Notes under the pieces: model-generated
What the model was told of the DNA's origin: nothing
Database searches by the model: none
The model's input: only the letters and a program-made list of their open reading frames with translations
Assembly (NCBI RefSeq): GCF_006345805.1
Contig: NC_042999.1
Span: forward strand, 76,632,001-76,696,000
DNA: 64,000 bases
Direction: 5' to 3'
From: Octopus sinensis
Taxonomy: Eukaryota
In this document: one piece after another, positions 27,103 to 40,870 of the stretch
How the letters are laid out: the number at the start of each line of letters is the position of its first letter
How positions within the stretch are numbered: position 1 is the first letter of the stretch
Made by a program: the position numbers and the translations under genes

Positions 27103-29219
27103 GATAACTGTGCCATGGATGGTATTTTCTCACCTTATTCCAGTTATTTAAATGCGTAGTAATCTACCCGAATGAATCAAAATCTCCTTTCTTTATTGGT
27201 ACTTAATGTATGGAACCCGGGAGGGAGAAGAATGGATCGTAAAATTCAATAAGAGACAAATTTGAACTCTTACTATAGGTGTATCTAAATGTTATAAGGC
27301 ATTTTGTACTGTACTCTCATTTTGTTTTAGTGCTTCTTTCCTATTTATTAATTCATTTTCTCTGCTTTTTTGTTTGAGGGAGTTTTCTGTGAGATTGGCG
27401 CTATGTTCAAAAAATAACGAAACATGTATTTGCTCTAGTGGCTTTAATATCTTACATAAGAATTCAATATTTGTTACTTGACGATAAGATATCTTAGAAT
27501 TTAAACGACGTAGGTTTCATATTAGCTGCCAACATTAATAAAGAAAATGTCTAATTTTCTATATATTCTGCATGACTATCCGAGAGGTTACATACTTTGG
27601 CTTGAAGTGAAATGATATAGTCAATACTTTCTAACAATATATTTCCAAATTAGTTGAATGGAATGTAAAAATCTTGGATTTTAGCCGATAGTCTTTCACA
27701 TACTTTTCTCTTAGCCTGAATTTGTTTGGCTTTCCGCATTAACCTCTGTTCGACCCATCTGTTGAAAGACATAACATGGTCTACTAATTTTGCTTAAGGT
27801 AAGTCTAAAGCGCAGTTTTGCCAACAATAATTGTGTTTATGTTTAGTTTACAATTGTAGTTCTGGAATTTCAAATATAGCTTTTGGAGATGTTAGTAAAT
27901 TCTCTGTGGACAAAACGATCAAGTAACATTTCAAAATATCGCAGTTTACGATAGGCACGAAAGTAACTTTTTATTGCTATCATCGAGAACGGCGAATAGT
28001 AGAATCAGTAGAATGATGGATTAAATGCCTTGTGGTATTTAATTACCTTCATTTACGTTCTTTGTCTTTCATCTGTCGTGTCGATAAAATATGATCAGTC
28101 CTGTATTGGGGATAGTTAAATCGACAACACAAAAGTTATGACCTTGTACCAGAAGTAGAAACCATTGCAAGTGAAGAGTGAAATTGGCAGAAACTACAGA
28201 ATGACGGTTAATTGGTCTTATGTTATTTAGTTAGTTACGTAACTAAGTTCAAATCTCGTTAAGTTGTTGTTGCGTTCCATCCACCGGGAATCGATAAAAT
28301 AAGTATCATTCAAGTTGAAAGGATTAATTAGATTATATCTATTACTCAAAACATTCAGCATTGTGATAATGTTTAAAATGTTCACTAACAATAGGATTCC
28401 CAGGGTACAACCAGACGCTCCTGTATCACTCTGGCATACTATCTTTAGTATAATGGTTAAGTATCTATGTTAGAATAAATTATAATACTAAATTGAGAAA
28501 ATGTATGCTATGCTTAGTAAAGATATTGCTTATGTTGCAAGCAAGTTCTGGTAGGGATTTCATGCGCTCGTTTAATTTCAAATCCAATTAACCAATAAAT
28601 CTTGGCATTATTTTTCTGTTGCCATATTTTCATTGCGCTAACCATTCACTTCAATTGTCTTTCAACTTTTTTCCAGGTGACGGTTTAATCGGAAGGAATC
28701 GAAATGTTTATGTATGCATATGTCTTCATTTCTATCATTGCTCTATCTCAGAAACTTTCTTAAATCATATTATGAGATCAATGAGAAGTCTTCTAAGGAC
28801 ATGTTGTTGTCAGATAATGCTTAGATGCGGATTTATATCACTTATTCTCACATTCAATTTGACTGTATTTTTACTACTGTTGTTATTGCTGACAGTAACA
28901 TTCATTCTTTGAAAGCGATAAAAGTGAAGTACTATCGATTATTCTCTCCCCCATAGGTTTGTAACCTCCTGCCTGATTTTGAAATCAATACTATTATGGA
29001 CCCAGCTATCGGTTGAATCCATCATAAAGGGCAAGCAGTTTTCTTATATGGTTGATCTACCGAAAGAGTGTGTGTAGGGCACGTTTCTAAGAATTAAGAA
29101 CAGATGATTCAGTCTACGACCAAGGCCTCATTGAGATCCCCAAGTTGCACTTGAATAGAAAGGTGAGGGTGCAGGTGAGTTGCTTCCTCTGCTTCAATAA
29201 ATCTATGAGAAAAAATGAC

Positions 29220-29590
29220 AGCTGGTGCAAATCCTGAGTATACAGGTCTACTCTCATCATGCACCAGAGTTCAAATCCCACCAAGAACAACTTTGCCTTT
29301 GGGGAGGTCGATAAAATTCCAACCAAGTACTGGGGTCGATGTAATCGACTACCCCCCCTCCCACAAATTTCAGGCCTTCAGCCTCTAGTAGAAATAATAA
29401 TAATAATAATATATTATTATTATTATTATTATTGTTGTTGTTGTTAAGGCGACACGTTGGCAGAAACGTTGGCATGCCGGATAAAATGGTTTGCCTTTCA
29501 TCATTCCGGATTCGATGAAATAGGTATCGGTCGATATAGTCGACTTACTCAATCTCCGAAATTCCTGGCCTTGCGCCAAAATTTGGCATT
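29220..29590 (+). mobile_element. Two head-to-tail SINE family N copies separated by a TAA/TAT/TGT tail
   Basis: Homology to the family N core. Simple-repeat tail at 29394-29445. Confidence 0.75.
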
Positions 29591-30487
29591 TGTCTTATCG
29601 CCGAAAGTAAAGCATCATTCATCATTAAGGACAAATACAGAGAAGGGCTGAGAGAGAGAGAGAGAGGAGAGAGAAAGAGAGAGAACCTGAGATGGAAACG
29701 AAAAGAAAAAGGAAAAGAGAGCAAGATCAAATAAAAGTGATATAAAGTCTATATATGTAGACTATATGTGAATGCCGGTGCAGCTGTTTTCTAATGCAAA
29801 GTTACTCGTTTTAGTAAACATGCAAACATGACATTAATTGAAAATTATGGCGTTATGCAATTGGTATGCCACACATTATATTGAGGCATCGGTAGTTCGT
29901 TTATAATACATGCATGATATAGCGTAGTTCAGTAATATACAGTGTCATATTACGAAATTGTATTTCTTTCTTTCTTTCTTTCTTTTTTATTTAGTAACGG
30001 TGAAACACGTACAAATAACTTATAAACAAACATCGAAGATATAATCAAAGTTATATGATTCTGCAAAGTTCTCTGATAAGATAGCATTACAGATAAATAT
30101 AATTTTCTTTGTGATGAACGTTACATAATTCATCCAATATACACTTATGTTGTTTCGTTATCATTTATTATTATAGTTTGAGAAGGTGTTTGATACCAGA
30201 GTTGGTAGAGTGTGGAAACACATAGCAGCATTTACATACATACATTTACATTCGAAGTTCAAATGCCACTAGAGTCAGCTTTACCCTTCTGAGGACAAAC
30301 TAGATACTAGAGAGGTTACTGTTATAGACATAGTCAATTACATCTTCCTCTAAGATAATATAGAAAATATAATTATACTGAAGACGGTAAATTGACAGAA
30401 ATATTAGATAATCGGACAGAATGCCTAGTGATATTTGCACCGGCTCTTTATCAACCATCTGGTGTCGATAAAATAAACAAGTCAAGT

Positions 30488-30720
30488 TAAGGCCGCGAGC
30501 TGGCAGAACCGTTAGGACGCCGGGCGAAATGCGTAGCCGTATTTCGTCTGCCGTTACGTTCTGAGTTCAAATTCCGCCGAGGTCGACTTTGCCTTTCATC
30601 CTTTCGGGGTCGATAAATTAAGTACCAGTTACGCACTGGGGTCGATGTAATCGACTTAATTCGATTGTCTGTCCTTGTTTGTCCCCTCCATATTTAGCCC
30701 TTTGTGAGTAATAAAGAAAC
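30488..30720 (+). mobile_element. SINE family N, full length, tail type 1
   Basis: Complete head-to-tail match to the other young copies. Confidence 0.9.
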
Positions 30721-31267
30721 AGATAACATAAACTACAAATCAAGTACAGGGCTTTATGGAATCGATTAACCCCAACAACTAAAATAACTAATTGCATTAA
30801 GACGCTGTTGAGTCCACTATTCATTCACAAAACTGAGACCGGGACTCGTTATTTTGATAAGAATAACCGTTTAATAACATCACTCGTAATTATAAGAGAC
30901 GGATTCTTTCCATATGCATTTATACACGCATATACACTGCTACATTCCCAATACCAACATACAATTCCATTAGCACCATCACCACCCACACCAATACCAC
31001 CAACATTTCCATACACATAGCGAGCGCTGGTTTTTATCTCTCCATAGATTATAGTGATTATGTCGCAATTTACTAGGAAATTTTTGTACCAACATCCGGG
31101 ACCTAAACTTTAAGAGGCGGTGAAATTTGAAATCCTTTTAAAGAAAGCGTGTGGGGCACACTAACCTTGGTAACAATAACAGCTCATTAAAATTAATTTT
31201 CCGAATATATAATGAGCAGGTTTCTCTCTATACGAAATGGTATGTGTGTGTGTGTGCAAATATAGGC

Positions 31268-31590
31268 GAACGAATCGACCCTAGTACTTATTTCTGTTTT
31301 TTAAGCCTGGTATTTTTCGCCAAAATGCTAGGTTACGTGGACGTAAACACACCAACACCGGTTATCGAGCGGCAGTGAGGGGCAAAGTTAGAGACAAATA
31401 TACCTCAACACACACCCACACACCCACACACCACGGTCTTTTTTCTCTTCCCATCAACCAAATACACTTACAAAGGTTTGATTGGCCCGAGGCTATAGAA
31501 GACACTCACCCAAAGTGTCACACAATGGAACTGAACCAGGAACCATGAGGTTATAAAGAAAAACTTTTTAACAGCCATGCCTACGCCTAC
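31268..31590 (-). mobile_element. SINE family A, diverged
   Basis: Both arms are homologous to 7761-8170, with an internal CACCCA tract. Confidence 0.75.
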
Positions 31591-31672
31591 ACGCAAACAC
31601 ACGCACACATGGTTATACACATGCATATATCATCTTGTGTGTATATATATTATTGTTTTTATTATTACTATA

Positions 31673-31713
<41 letters not shown>

Positions 31714-32229
31714 ATATAGGTATAACATATACATACATATAAACATGCATATACTGTGTGCGTGTGTGTGTATGTGTGCGTGTGTGTTTGTGTGTAATAT
31801 ACATGTGTATGTGGCTGTTTGTGTATTCTATGCGGAGTGTGAGTGTATGCATGTTTCTATCGTTTCCTTATTTTTATAAATGTCCATTTCTGTTTTACTT
31901 GTTCCTCTTCTGGTCTTCATAGAGTTTCTGTGTTGTTTTCAAGCGGAGGCTTTATAAGTTCAAACACATTCCGGCTAACATGATGTCTCATATATATATT
32001 TATCTAACTCCCAATGATACTTTATGGATGTTATATTACAGGCGTGAAATTCAATGAAACTATATCATACTCTCCATTAATCTTAGCCTCAAAGGTCGTA
32101 ACTTTTATATTTGTTATACCAAATCTCTCTTATATTATATATGTGTGTGTGTGTATACAAATGTATATATGTATATATCTACATACACATATGAAACAAA
32201 CAAATATTATGTGCATGTGCTTGTGTGTG

Positions 32230-32269
<40 letters not shown>

Positions 32270-32958
32270 AGAGAGAGTCTGTGCATTGTGTGTGTATCTA
32301 TAAATTTATGCATCATATACAAGATTTATGTGGCTAAGCTTATATATTTAAATATGTGTATTAAGGATATATTATATGCGTTTATATGTGAGTATGAGTG
32401 CGCGCGCGCGTTTGTGTGTGTGTGTGTAAATGTGCATTTCGTGTGTATATATTGTTCACATTCATATATGTATTTATGAATGAATACATGTATGTTGGTG
32501 TCGTAAAGTTGTAATATTTACGTATTTACCCAAGTATTAATGTATAAATACATTATTGTATATTGCGAAGATATCATTCCATCACATTCTTTATTTATTT
32601 GTCTTTTACACTCTTCCCCACCTCTCTCTCTCTCTTTCTCATACAGTTTCATATATATATATATATATGCATGTGTATATGCATATATGTGTGTGCGTGA
32701 ATGTGTGTATGTGTGTGTGTGCTCGCGCGTACGTTTGATATATTTATGTATTTTGCTATAAATATCTTAATGTATGCACACAAACACATATAGTTGTGAA
32801 CACACATACACGCACACAAACACACGCACACACATAAACCTCGTACATCATTACAGTATATACCTCGTACATCATTATACGTTTAGTGTGGTGGGGTTGC
32901 CGGCAAGTAACCTTGTGAGCCAATGTCGGTCTTAACAACAACATTGCTTTTCTAACTC

Positions 32959-33006
<48 letters not shown>

Positions 33007-33691
33007 TCCATGTGCCTCTGCGTATACCTGTGTGGGGGCGTGTTGTGTGCATGTGGATGTATGTATGCATATTTTGTATTCGTCGTCTTAGATAATTCCC
33101 AACTATTCTTGATAAGTAAATACCAAAAAAAATTGCATAAATTTACCCTGTTGTTGAAATACAAACGGCAATAAAATCGGCTAACTTAAATACTGCATAT
33201 TCCAGAATTTTTTTTACATTCTGTTGACTAAATGTATTTGTAAAGAAGAAAAAGTGAGGCAAAATTCATTGTTCGGTCTTTGAAAAACCTACCGAAATAG
33301 TTTGTGTTTCATGTGATCTCTGTTCATGTTTATTTGGAAGGTTTCTTGCTGGATAGGGTAAATGCTAGCGTATTATGTAGTATTAAAGCAGAAATCCATT
33401 TTTGCATGTTGCTTCTTTTTAATTACTTCTGCGCTCATTACAAAGAACAAATGGTATATTACAACATAAAAGGAGAAAATACTCTTTTGTTAGACTTCTG
33501 ACAACAATGAACTGAGATGCATACAAAAGAGAAATGTTCAGTGTTTTTTAGATTTTGTTTTCTTGTAAATATCCTGCATAGCTTAAGCGTACTAGAAAAT
33601 GGTCTAAGGTTTACTTGAAAATTCCTTCTGTAGGAATTGTTAAAGTTCTCTTTCAAGATAAACATTTTCTAAACATTTTTCATTAAATATA

Positions 33692-33860
33692 TAGGCACGG
33701 GCTTAGTTGTGTGGTTACGAAGTTCGATTCCCAAACCCTGGTTTCTGATTTCGATGCCCCTGAGTACAAATCTCTACTGTAACTTCAGGTTGACAAATAC
33801 GTTGGCATCAGAATTTAATCGTCCGAAACTGTGGAAAAGTTCGTTGTGTTTGTATATATA
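33692..33860 (+). mobile_element. Decayed SINE family A 5' arm ending at the TA site used by the mariner
   Basis: aggcacgggcttagttgtgtggttacgaag...gaaactgtggaaaagttcgttgtgtttgtatatata. Confidence 0.5.
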
Positions 33861-34833
33861 TTGGGTTGGCAAGAAAGTAATTTCGTTTTTTTATTGTAAA
33901 ATAAACGTCTTTTTCTTTTGTTTTTTTTTTCTTCTTCATACAAAGAATTATATATTTTTCATTTTGTTCGATGACCTTTGCCATCTTTCTGGCAACTTCA
34001 TGATTCCGCCCTCGCAGAACTTCTGATCCTTAGCAGCCAAAAACTGAAGCAAGTGCGATTTAAAGTCATCATCATTATTGAAAGTTTTACCATTCAAACA
34101 ATTTCGCAAACTTCGAAATAAATGGTAATCTGATGGTGCAAGGTCAAGACTGTATGGTGGACGTGACATCACTTCCCAACCAAGCTCCAATAATCTTTCA
34201 CGAGTTAGCAAACACGTTTCTGGTCTAGTGTTGTCATGGTGGAAAAGGATTCCTTTACGATTTGCCAATTCTGGCCGTTTTTCTTTGATTGAATCCTCCA
34301 GTTTCATCGGTTGTTGACAGTAAACATCTGAATTGATCATTTGGGTCCTTGGAAGCAGCTCAAAATATATACCTTTGTAGTCTCACCAAACTGACAGCAT
34401 GACCTTTTTTATGCAATTCAGCTTTCGATGTGGCTTGTGCTGCTTCATTACACTTGGACCATGATCGTTTTCGATTGATGTTATTGTAGACAATCCATTT
34501 TTCATCGCGAGTCATGATTCGTTTAAAATGCTAACCATTTCTGACATGTGTGTTCTGTTAAGCAATCACCACCTTAAACTTCACTTATTTCTTTGTGAGC
34601 CTCAGCAGCTTTCTTGCCTTTACGGAAATAAAAAAAGCAAAATATGGCCAAAATGTTCGTTTTTGCACTCCATGTAAAATTGACACTGAACTAACAACTG
34701 TAAACAAAATTACGCGCAATTTGCTTCTAAAGTAAGATAAAAGTAACGACTATCAAATGTCAAAAGGGAAAAATCATAATATTGACAAAAGTCATTAAAA
34801 AAAATAGTAACTATCTATTTGCGAAAAACGAAA
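33861..34833 (-). mobile_element. Mariner DNA transposon, mellifera-subfamily-like (D,D34D), internally deleted pseudogene
   Basis: TA plus TIR ttgggttggcaagaaagtaatttcgttttt at 33861. ATG at 34673 gives MECKNEHFGHILL...GKKAAEAHKEISEV...TCQKW, joined near 34531 to FKRIMTRDEKWIVYNN. This is followed by FHHDNTRP and PPYSLDLAPSDYHLFRSL (ORF 33948-34340). Only aaaaacgaaa of the right TIR remains. Confidence 0.93.
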
Positions 34834-36359
34834 GTTCAGAAGTTTGCTCGGCAATAAGAGCCCTTCAGTGTGTTTGTTTTCTTTTCCATAGGCCTCTTCG
34901 TCCCTTCCGGGTCGACATACTGCTCTATCTGAAACTGGGTAAACAGAAACTGTAGAAGTCTGTCGAATGGACGGCATTTATGTTTTAAAGAGCGAGCCTT
35001 GTCACAGTGTCTGACATCGTTTCTCCATGAAGTTTACAATAACAACACTAGTGACTGCAGAATACTTACTCGTTAATAAATAACCCAATGCAAATGTATA
35101 TCCCCGAGAAACCGTTTATATCACTGTGTTTGTGCAAAACAGCATGCCGAATCGCGAGAGAATAAGTATAAACAAAGAAAAGTTATTTACAATTAACCAG
35201 TTTCACATGCTCGGTTGCTTTTCAAAGAAACGAAAAGCAACCAAGCGTTAACTTAGACAGGTAGCACTTTCGATCAAAGACTCGCCATATTTCACTACTT
35301 TTGGACATGATGAAAATCGTGAATCGGGTTTAGTAATATGAATAAATTTTCTTAAAGTGTATTTTCAACTTCTTTTCTTTGTGTGTGTGTGCGTGCGTGC
35401 GTGCTTATATATGTGTTGATATATCCTTTAAGTCAGTTTATGCGAAACCTTTTTGAGTGCGCTCATGAAAAGCTCCTATGTTATATGAAGGATACAGTTT
35501 CATGAAGTAGGATGTCTAGCAGTTATTTTCGCAACGTACACCCTTCCCTGTTATCTGATGAGGTACAATAGATGCATACAGGGGCTGGTATTTTAACTAC
35601 AAAGACCCCCTTGTTGGCACAGACAGGCTAAATAGTTGGTTTAAGAAGGTAACTTGTAGGTTTGAAGGCCTAAAGTCTTGGCAAAAACGGTTATTGGCTA
35701 AATGACCTAACTACTTGACTGTGCTTAACTTGTTGGTTGGTAAGTCTGACCTATTATACAGATGAAAGTTTGGTGACTTCGGCTGATTCGAGGCTACATG
35801 TAATAGGAGAACGATATATTACAGTGTTTGAGGTAGAATGCGAACTCTGTAGCTCTTAGTTGTACGTCTGTTACCTCCAAACAACTCGTTTACATTTCCA
35901 AATATTTGCAGTGGCTGAATACAAACCATTCATCGTATCTTTTTTTCTTGTTTTGTATATGAAGCAAAATATGAAGGATCAGTTATAATTATGTAGTAAA
36001 AAGCAACATATATGTGTATATATATGTATGTATATATACATACACACATATTCACATACAAATACTAAGCAACAGACCCACATATGTATGTACGTTCATA
36101 TATATATATATATATAAACAAAGGAGATTGCTTTGTTTATAAAGTAGCATCAAATATATTGATTATTTGAAGGAGCAATCGTTCCTGTCAACAGTCCGTT
36201 TGTTTGTATTTCATCACGAACTGGAAAATAGTTGTTTTTTTTCCATTTTTCCAATACTTTGTCTGAATTCTCCGGGGTGTGTTGTATCTACAGAAAGTAA
36301 ATACGAAAGTAGTTAATCTGTTATGTGTTGCAGTATTTGTGCGTGACGTGTGTGGTGTG

Positions 36360-36361
36360 TT

Positions 36362-36452
<91 letters not shown>
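36360..36452. repeat. (GT)n microsatellite, representative of dozens of GT/CA/TA/GA tracts in the window
   Basis: Read directly. Confidence 0.97.
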
Positions 36453-36453
<1 letters not shown>

Positions 36454-36989
36454 TGCGTGTGTACAAGGAGAGAAATGTTTGTTCGGGTCAGTATGTTCGT
36501 GTGTGTGTGTGTCAGTGAGCGCACGCATTTGGGATACCTGTGGCAAATGAGTGGTGGAAAGAGTTAAAGGAAAGAGAAACAGTCTATGTCTGTGACAATG
36601 AGTGCGCGTTTATGCGGGTAAGTGCTTGTGCGTGAGAGAGACAGAGGCAGAGACAGAGAGAAACAGGAACAGAAGATGACAGTGTGACAGTCAGTGTGTG
36701 TTAGTGAATGTGTATTTGTGAGTGAATAAAGACAGTGAAAAAGTAAGACAGAAGGAAACGTTGGCGCAGGTATAGGAAACAGCGTGAGCTTTCTTATCCG
36801 TATGCTTGTCAATTGTATGCTATTATTATGTGATTTATGAGTGTATGAGTGTATAAGTGTGTGTTAGTGTGTGATTTGAATGCGTGTATGACGCAGTGTC
36901 CGGGTATTCATTGGTTTTGTTTGATTCATGTTCCTTCCAATGTTATTACGAATTAGTAATTGCCCAGTGTTACGGGGATTCAGATGTTT

Positions 36990-37041
<52 letters not shown>

Positions 37042-37607
37042 TGTTAATGTGTGTGTGTTTGTATGTAGTTTTATATTTGCGCGTGTACACACACACACAC
37101 ACACACACATACATATTGGTGTAACTGTGTGCGTGTGCATGTACGTGTGTCTGCGTGTTTTAACTTACAATGCCCATCTAGAAAATCGGCAGATAAATAT
37201 ACTGAATGTGGTTGAGCGTTATCTCGCAAACCTGATTAGGTTACGAAAGTAAATGCATGGAAGAACATATATATATATATTTATATGCGTAAATGTGTGT
37301 GTGTGTGTGTGTGTGTTTGTCAGATACATGCTTGCTTGCTACAAATAACTGTGTGTATGTATGTATGTATGTGTGTGTGTATGTATGCATGTATGTATAT
37401 ATGTATGTATGTATGTATGTATAAATGAAATTGCAAACACACACGTACAAACAACATTTTCGCAATTTTATACTTTTATTTTATATTACTGCTTGTATTA
37501 TTTATGAACAAGAACATGTCGGAAATTTTACAATATTTTCCCTAGCGGGAAAACTAATAATTATTCTACTTTCTTCACAAACTCTGACCGTTAACTTCAG
37601 AATTTTG

Positions 37608-37667
<60 letters not shown>

Positions 37668-38388
37668 TCTCTCCTCTCCCTCTCCCTCTCTCTCGCTCGC
37701 TCACTCGCTCACACACATTCTATCTCCTTTATGTCTGTCTCCTTCTATTTCAACCATAGTTATAATTCCTAAGAAAAATCACTGTTATCGAAACAGGATA
37801 AGCTTAAGCATTGAATTATTTTAAAATGGTTGTATTCGCTGTTATTTTTCCATGACCATGCAACCACGACAGTTACATCGTTCTAGAAGTATGTCTAGTA
37901 TAACATATTCCAATACGCTCTTTCGTTTCCAAAACGTCGTTTTATGATGGATACCTGACTGTTATTTCTGCCAGATCAAGCGATGTGTTTCATTGTTATA
38001 TATATTTCACTCCGCACCAGATCTGATTAAGTAATCCTAAGTCAAAAGCATTTCATCGATGACCAGCCCGTATTTTCTCAGTGAAATATATCTAGTAGAA
38101 TTGTGACTCAGTTTTAGTTCAGTAGACTTGAGTAATGTGAAATGAAAGGTTTTCCTCAAGGAGACATGGCACCGCCCGATCCAGGAGTCATACCTACGAC
38201 CTTACCATTGTGAGGCCAACACCGCAACCAGTAGGCGACTGGTGCAGCTGTCCTCCTCCAACAGTTTTACACTGGATGGTCTGCGAATCAAGAGTGGCGG
38301 GTAGAGTGATGTAGAGGCTGCCTATGTTTACTCGGTGTTTTCTCTGCCTCAGTGTATTTAAAACTACTCGCTTTACTATTATTATTAT

Positions 38389-38592
38389 CCAGTAGTTTTA
38401 TTTTTATAGCGTGCTTTCATTTCACTACCGAGCGCAGTTCTGTGTGCCTTGGGTATGTGCTGTGATTTGTTGTGATGCTCTGATGGTTATTGTATGGAAA
38501 GTGTTCTCCGTAGGATGTGTGCAGTGCCTAATAGTACAATTTTCTGTATGTTATATGTCCTGGTGTTTTTGTTATGTATTTGTCTGAATATT
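38389..38592 (-). mobile_element. 5'-truncated R4/Dong-clade non-LTR retrotransposon, 3' end
   Basis: Encodes YNIQKIVLLGTAHILRRTLSIQ*, the typical C-terminal motif of RLE-type R4/Dong ORFs, then about 100 bp of 3'UTR. (TAA)n lies on both sides. Confidence 0.75.
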
Positions 38593-38627
38593 TTTTTTAT
38601 TATTATCATTATTATTATTATTATTAT

Positions 38628-38676
<49 letters not shown>

Positions 38677-39078
38677 AATGGTAGTGCAGTTTTCAAATTA
38701 CATTAAATTAATTTAATTTGACTATGTCTTGCAATTACGTAATTCTACATTTAGTGGTGTTAATCTTAGCGAAACAACTGTTGTGTACAAAATATAAATA
38801 TGTGATAGCTTTCTGCTTTTATGCTATGTGTGTGTGCACTATATGCATACATGCAACATTACACTACCATTATGTGTATGTGTATGTTAAATAGAAATAG
38901 GAAGTGTAAGTTTGGGAATAACAAGAAAACATTTATTGATAAGGAGACTCATATTCGGAGTAGACTCAAATTTACTATATAATTCATTTTAAGTGGAAAT
39001 GTAATCTTCGGTTGATGGCTTACGCAGCTGGTTGAATGAACCTGAAAGCGATAATTAATCTTCCACTCTACGAATTTT

Positions 39079-39110
<32 letters not shown>

Positions 39111-39115
39111 TTTAT

Positions 39116-39490
39116 TTTTTATTTGTTTCAGTCATTGGACTGAGGCCATGTTAGGACACCTCCATGAAAGGTTTAATCGAACAAATCGACTCCAGTATTT
39201 ATTTTTAAACCTGCTACTTATTCCAAAGGCTCTCTTATTGCCGAACCGCTAAGTTACGGGACGTAAACAAAACCGACATTGGTTGTCAAGCGGCAGTGGG
39301 GGATAATCATAAACACACACACACAGACACACACAGACACGCGCGCGCGCGCGCACGCACGCACACACAACAGGCTTCTTTAAGTTTTCTGTCTACGAAA
39401 TTCACTCACCAGGCTTTGGTCGACCTGCCAAGCAATGGAACCAAAACCTGAACCCATGTGGCTGAGAAAGTAAGGTTCTTACCACAAACA
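39116..39490 (-). mobile_element. SINE family A
   Basis: Both arms are homologous, with an internal (CA)(CG)(CA) tract. It abuts a family B copy. Confidence 0.8.
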
Positions 39491-39496
39491 ATCTGA

Positions 39497-39832
39497 GAGA
39501 CCCCCTTCGGTCACAACACTGACCATGGGATTGCACCTAGAAAATTACCCTCCCAGGCCCAAGTCCGGGCAAGGTTGTTTATGGAAGACCAGCAGTCGCC
39601 CATGCATATCGGCCTCCCCTCTCCACGCCACCAGTGTTATCCAAGGGAAAGGCAACGGCCGTTAAAGCTTGGCACCTGTGACGTCGCAACTCATATTTAC
39701 AGCTGAGTGAACTGGAGCAACGTGAAATAAAGTGTCTTGCTCAAGAACACAACACGCAGCCCGGTCCGGGATTCGAGCTCACAACCACACGACCGTAAGC
39801 TCGACGCTCTAACCACTGAGCCATGCGCCTTC
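39497..39832 (-). mobile_element. SINE family B, full length
   Basis: tRNA-like A/B boxes (ggctcagtggtt, gagctcgaatccc), then ttgagcaagacactttatttcacgttgctccag. Homologous to 51369-51702. Confidence 0.88.
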
Positions 39833-40390
39833 ACTAACAATATAATATATTTTATAGAGAGGCAGAATAGAGAACATGCATATCTATATAAGGTATGTGT
39901 GTATGCGCGTGCGTGTATTTATTCATAAATCACAGGGATTACATTCTTAACTAAATTAAAAATCGGACCTTATCAAATGTTTCCCTTTATTTTTCGATTT
40001 CTTTTTCCATCACTTTGTCACTTCCCCTTTGGCTTTTTCCTTCACTTTCTACTTCTTCTCGATTCAACTACAACCTTTCTCATTTCTACTTGTCTGAATA
40101 TTTCTGAATTTCCTGCTTTGCAATCCAACATACTTATATTTCCCTTACTCTGTATTTTTACTAAAAGATTCCAGGGGTGAATGGTCATTTGAACAAGCAG
40201 TCAGAGAGTTCATCTAAGAAGAGCAGTTACGTAACTTTGAATATTATTTAATAACCAAGCACTGATGAAAATATTTCACGCCGTTACTTATTTAGAAAAT
40301 GGCTTTTTTAAAGAGTAATAGAATATTTTATAGCTTTTTAAAGAGCAATACAATATATTATCAATACGGAAGGGATGAAAGGCTATGATC

Positions 40391-40870
40391 ACTTTCAACC
40401 TTCATCTCTCCGTGGTCGATAAAATAAAGTACTCGTCCTGCACTGGATCGATGTTCATTTCCCTCAAAATTGTTAGCCATTATTATTATTGTTACTATAA
40501 TTTTCATTATCATTCTTGATTTCCGCCGAGGGGGCGATAAAATAAGCACCAGTTGTGAACTGGGGTCGATGTAATCGACTTAACTCCCTCCCCAAAATTG
40601 CTGCCCTTATGGCAAAATTTGAAACCATCATTATTATTATTATTATTATTATATTATCATTATTATTATTAACCAGGCAGAATCGTTAGCACGCCTGGAA
40701 AAATGCTTAGCAGCATTTCGTCCGTCCCTACGTTCTACGTTTAAATTTCGCCGAAGTCGATAAGTACCAGTTGAGTACTGGGGTCGATCTAATTGACTAG
40801 ACCCCCTCCCCCAAATTTCAGACTTTGTGCCTATAGTAGAAACGATTATTATTGTTGTTGTTGTTGCTGT
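40391..40870 (+). mobile_element. Array of three SINE family N copies, each ending in an (ATT)n tail
   Basis: Units at about 40391-40490, 40518-40670 and 40671-40870. Confidence 0.8.

Noticed and set aside
39770-39832. tRNA-like sequences with A and B boxes (also at 15423, 47590, 47951, 51369)
   Set aside because: They continue into SINE bodies and do not form a full cloverleaf, so they are SINE heads rather than tRNA genes.
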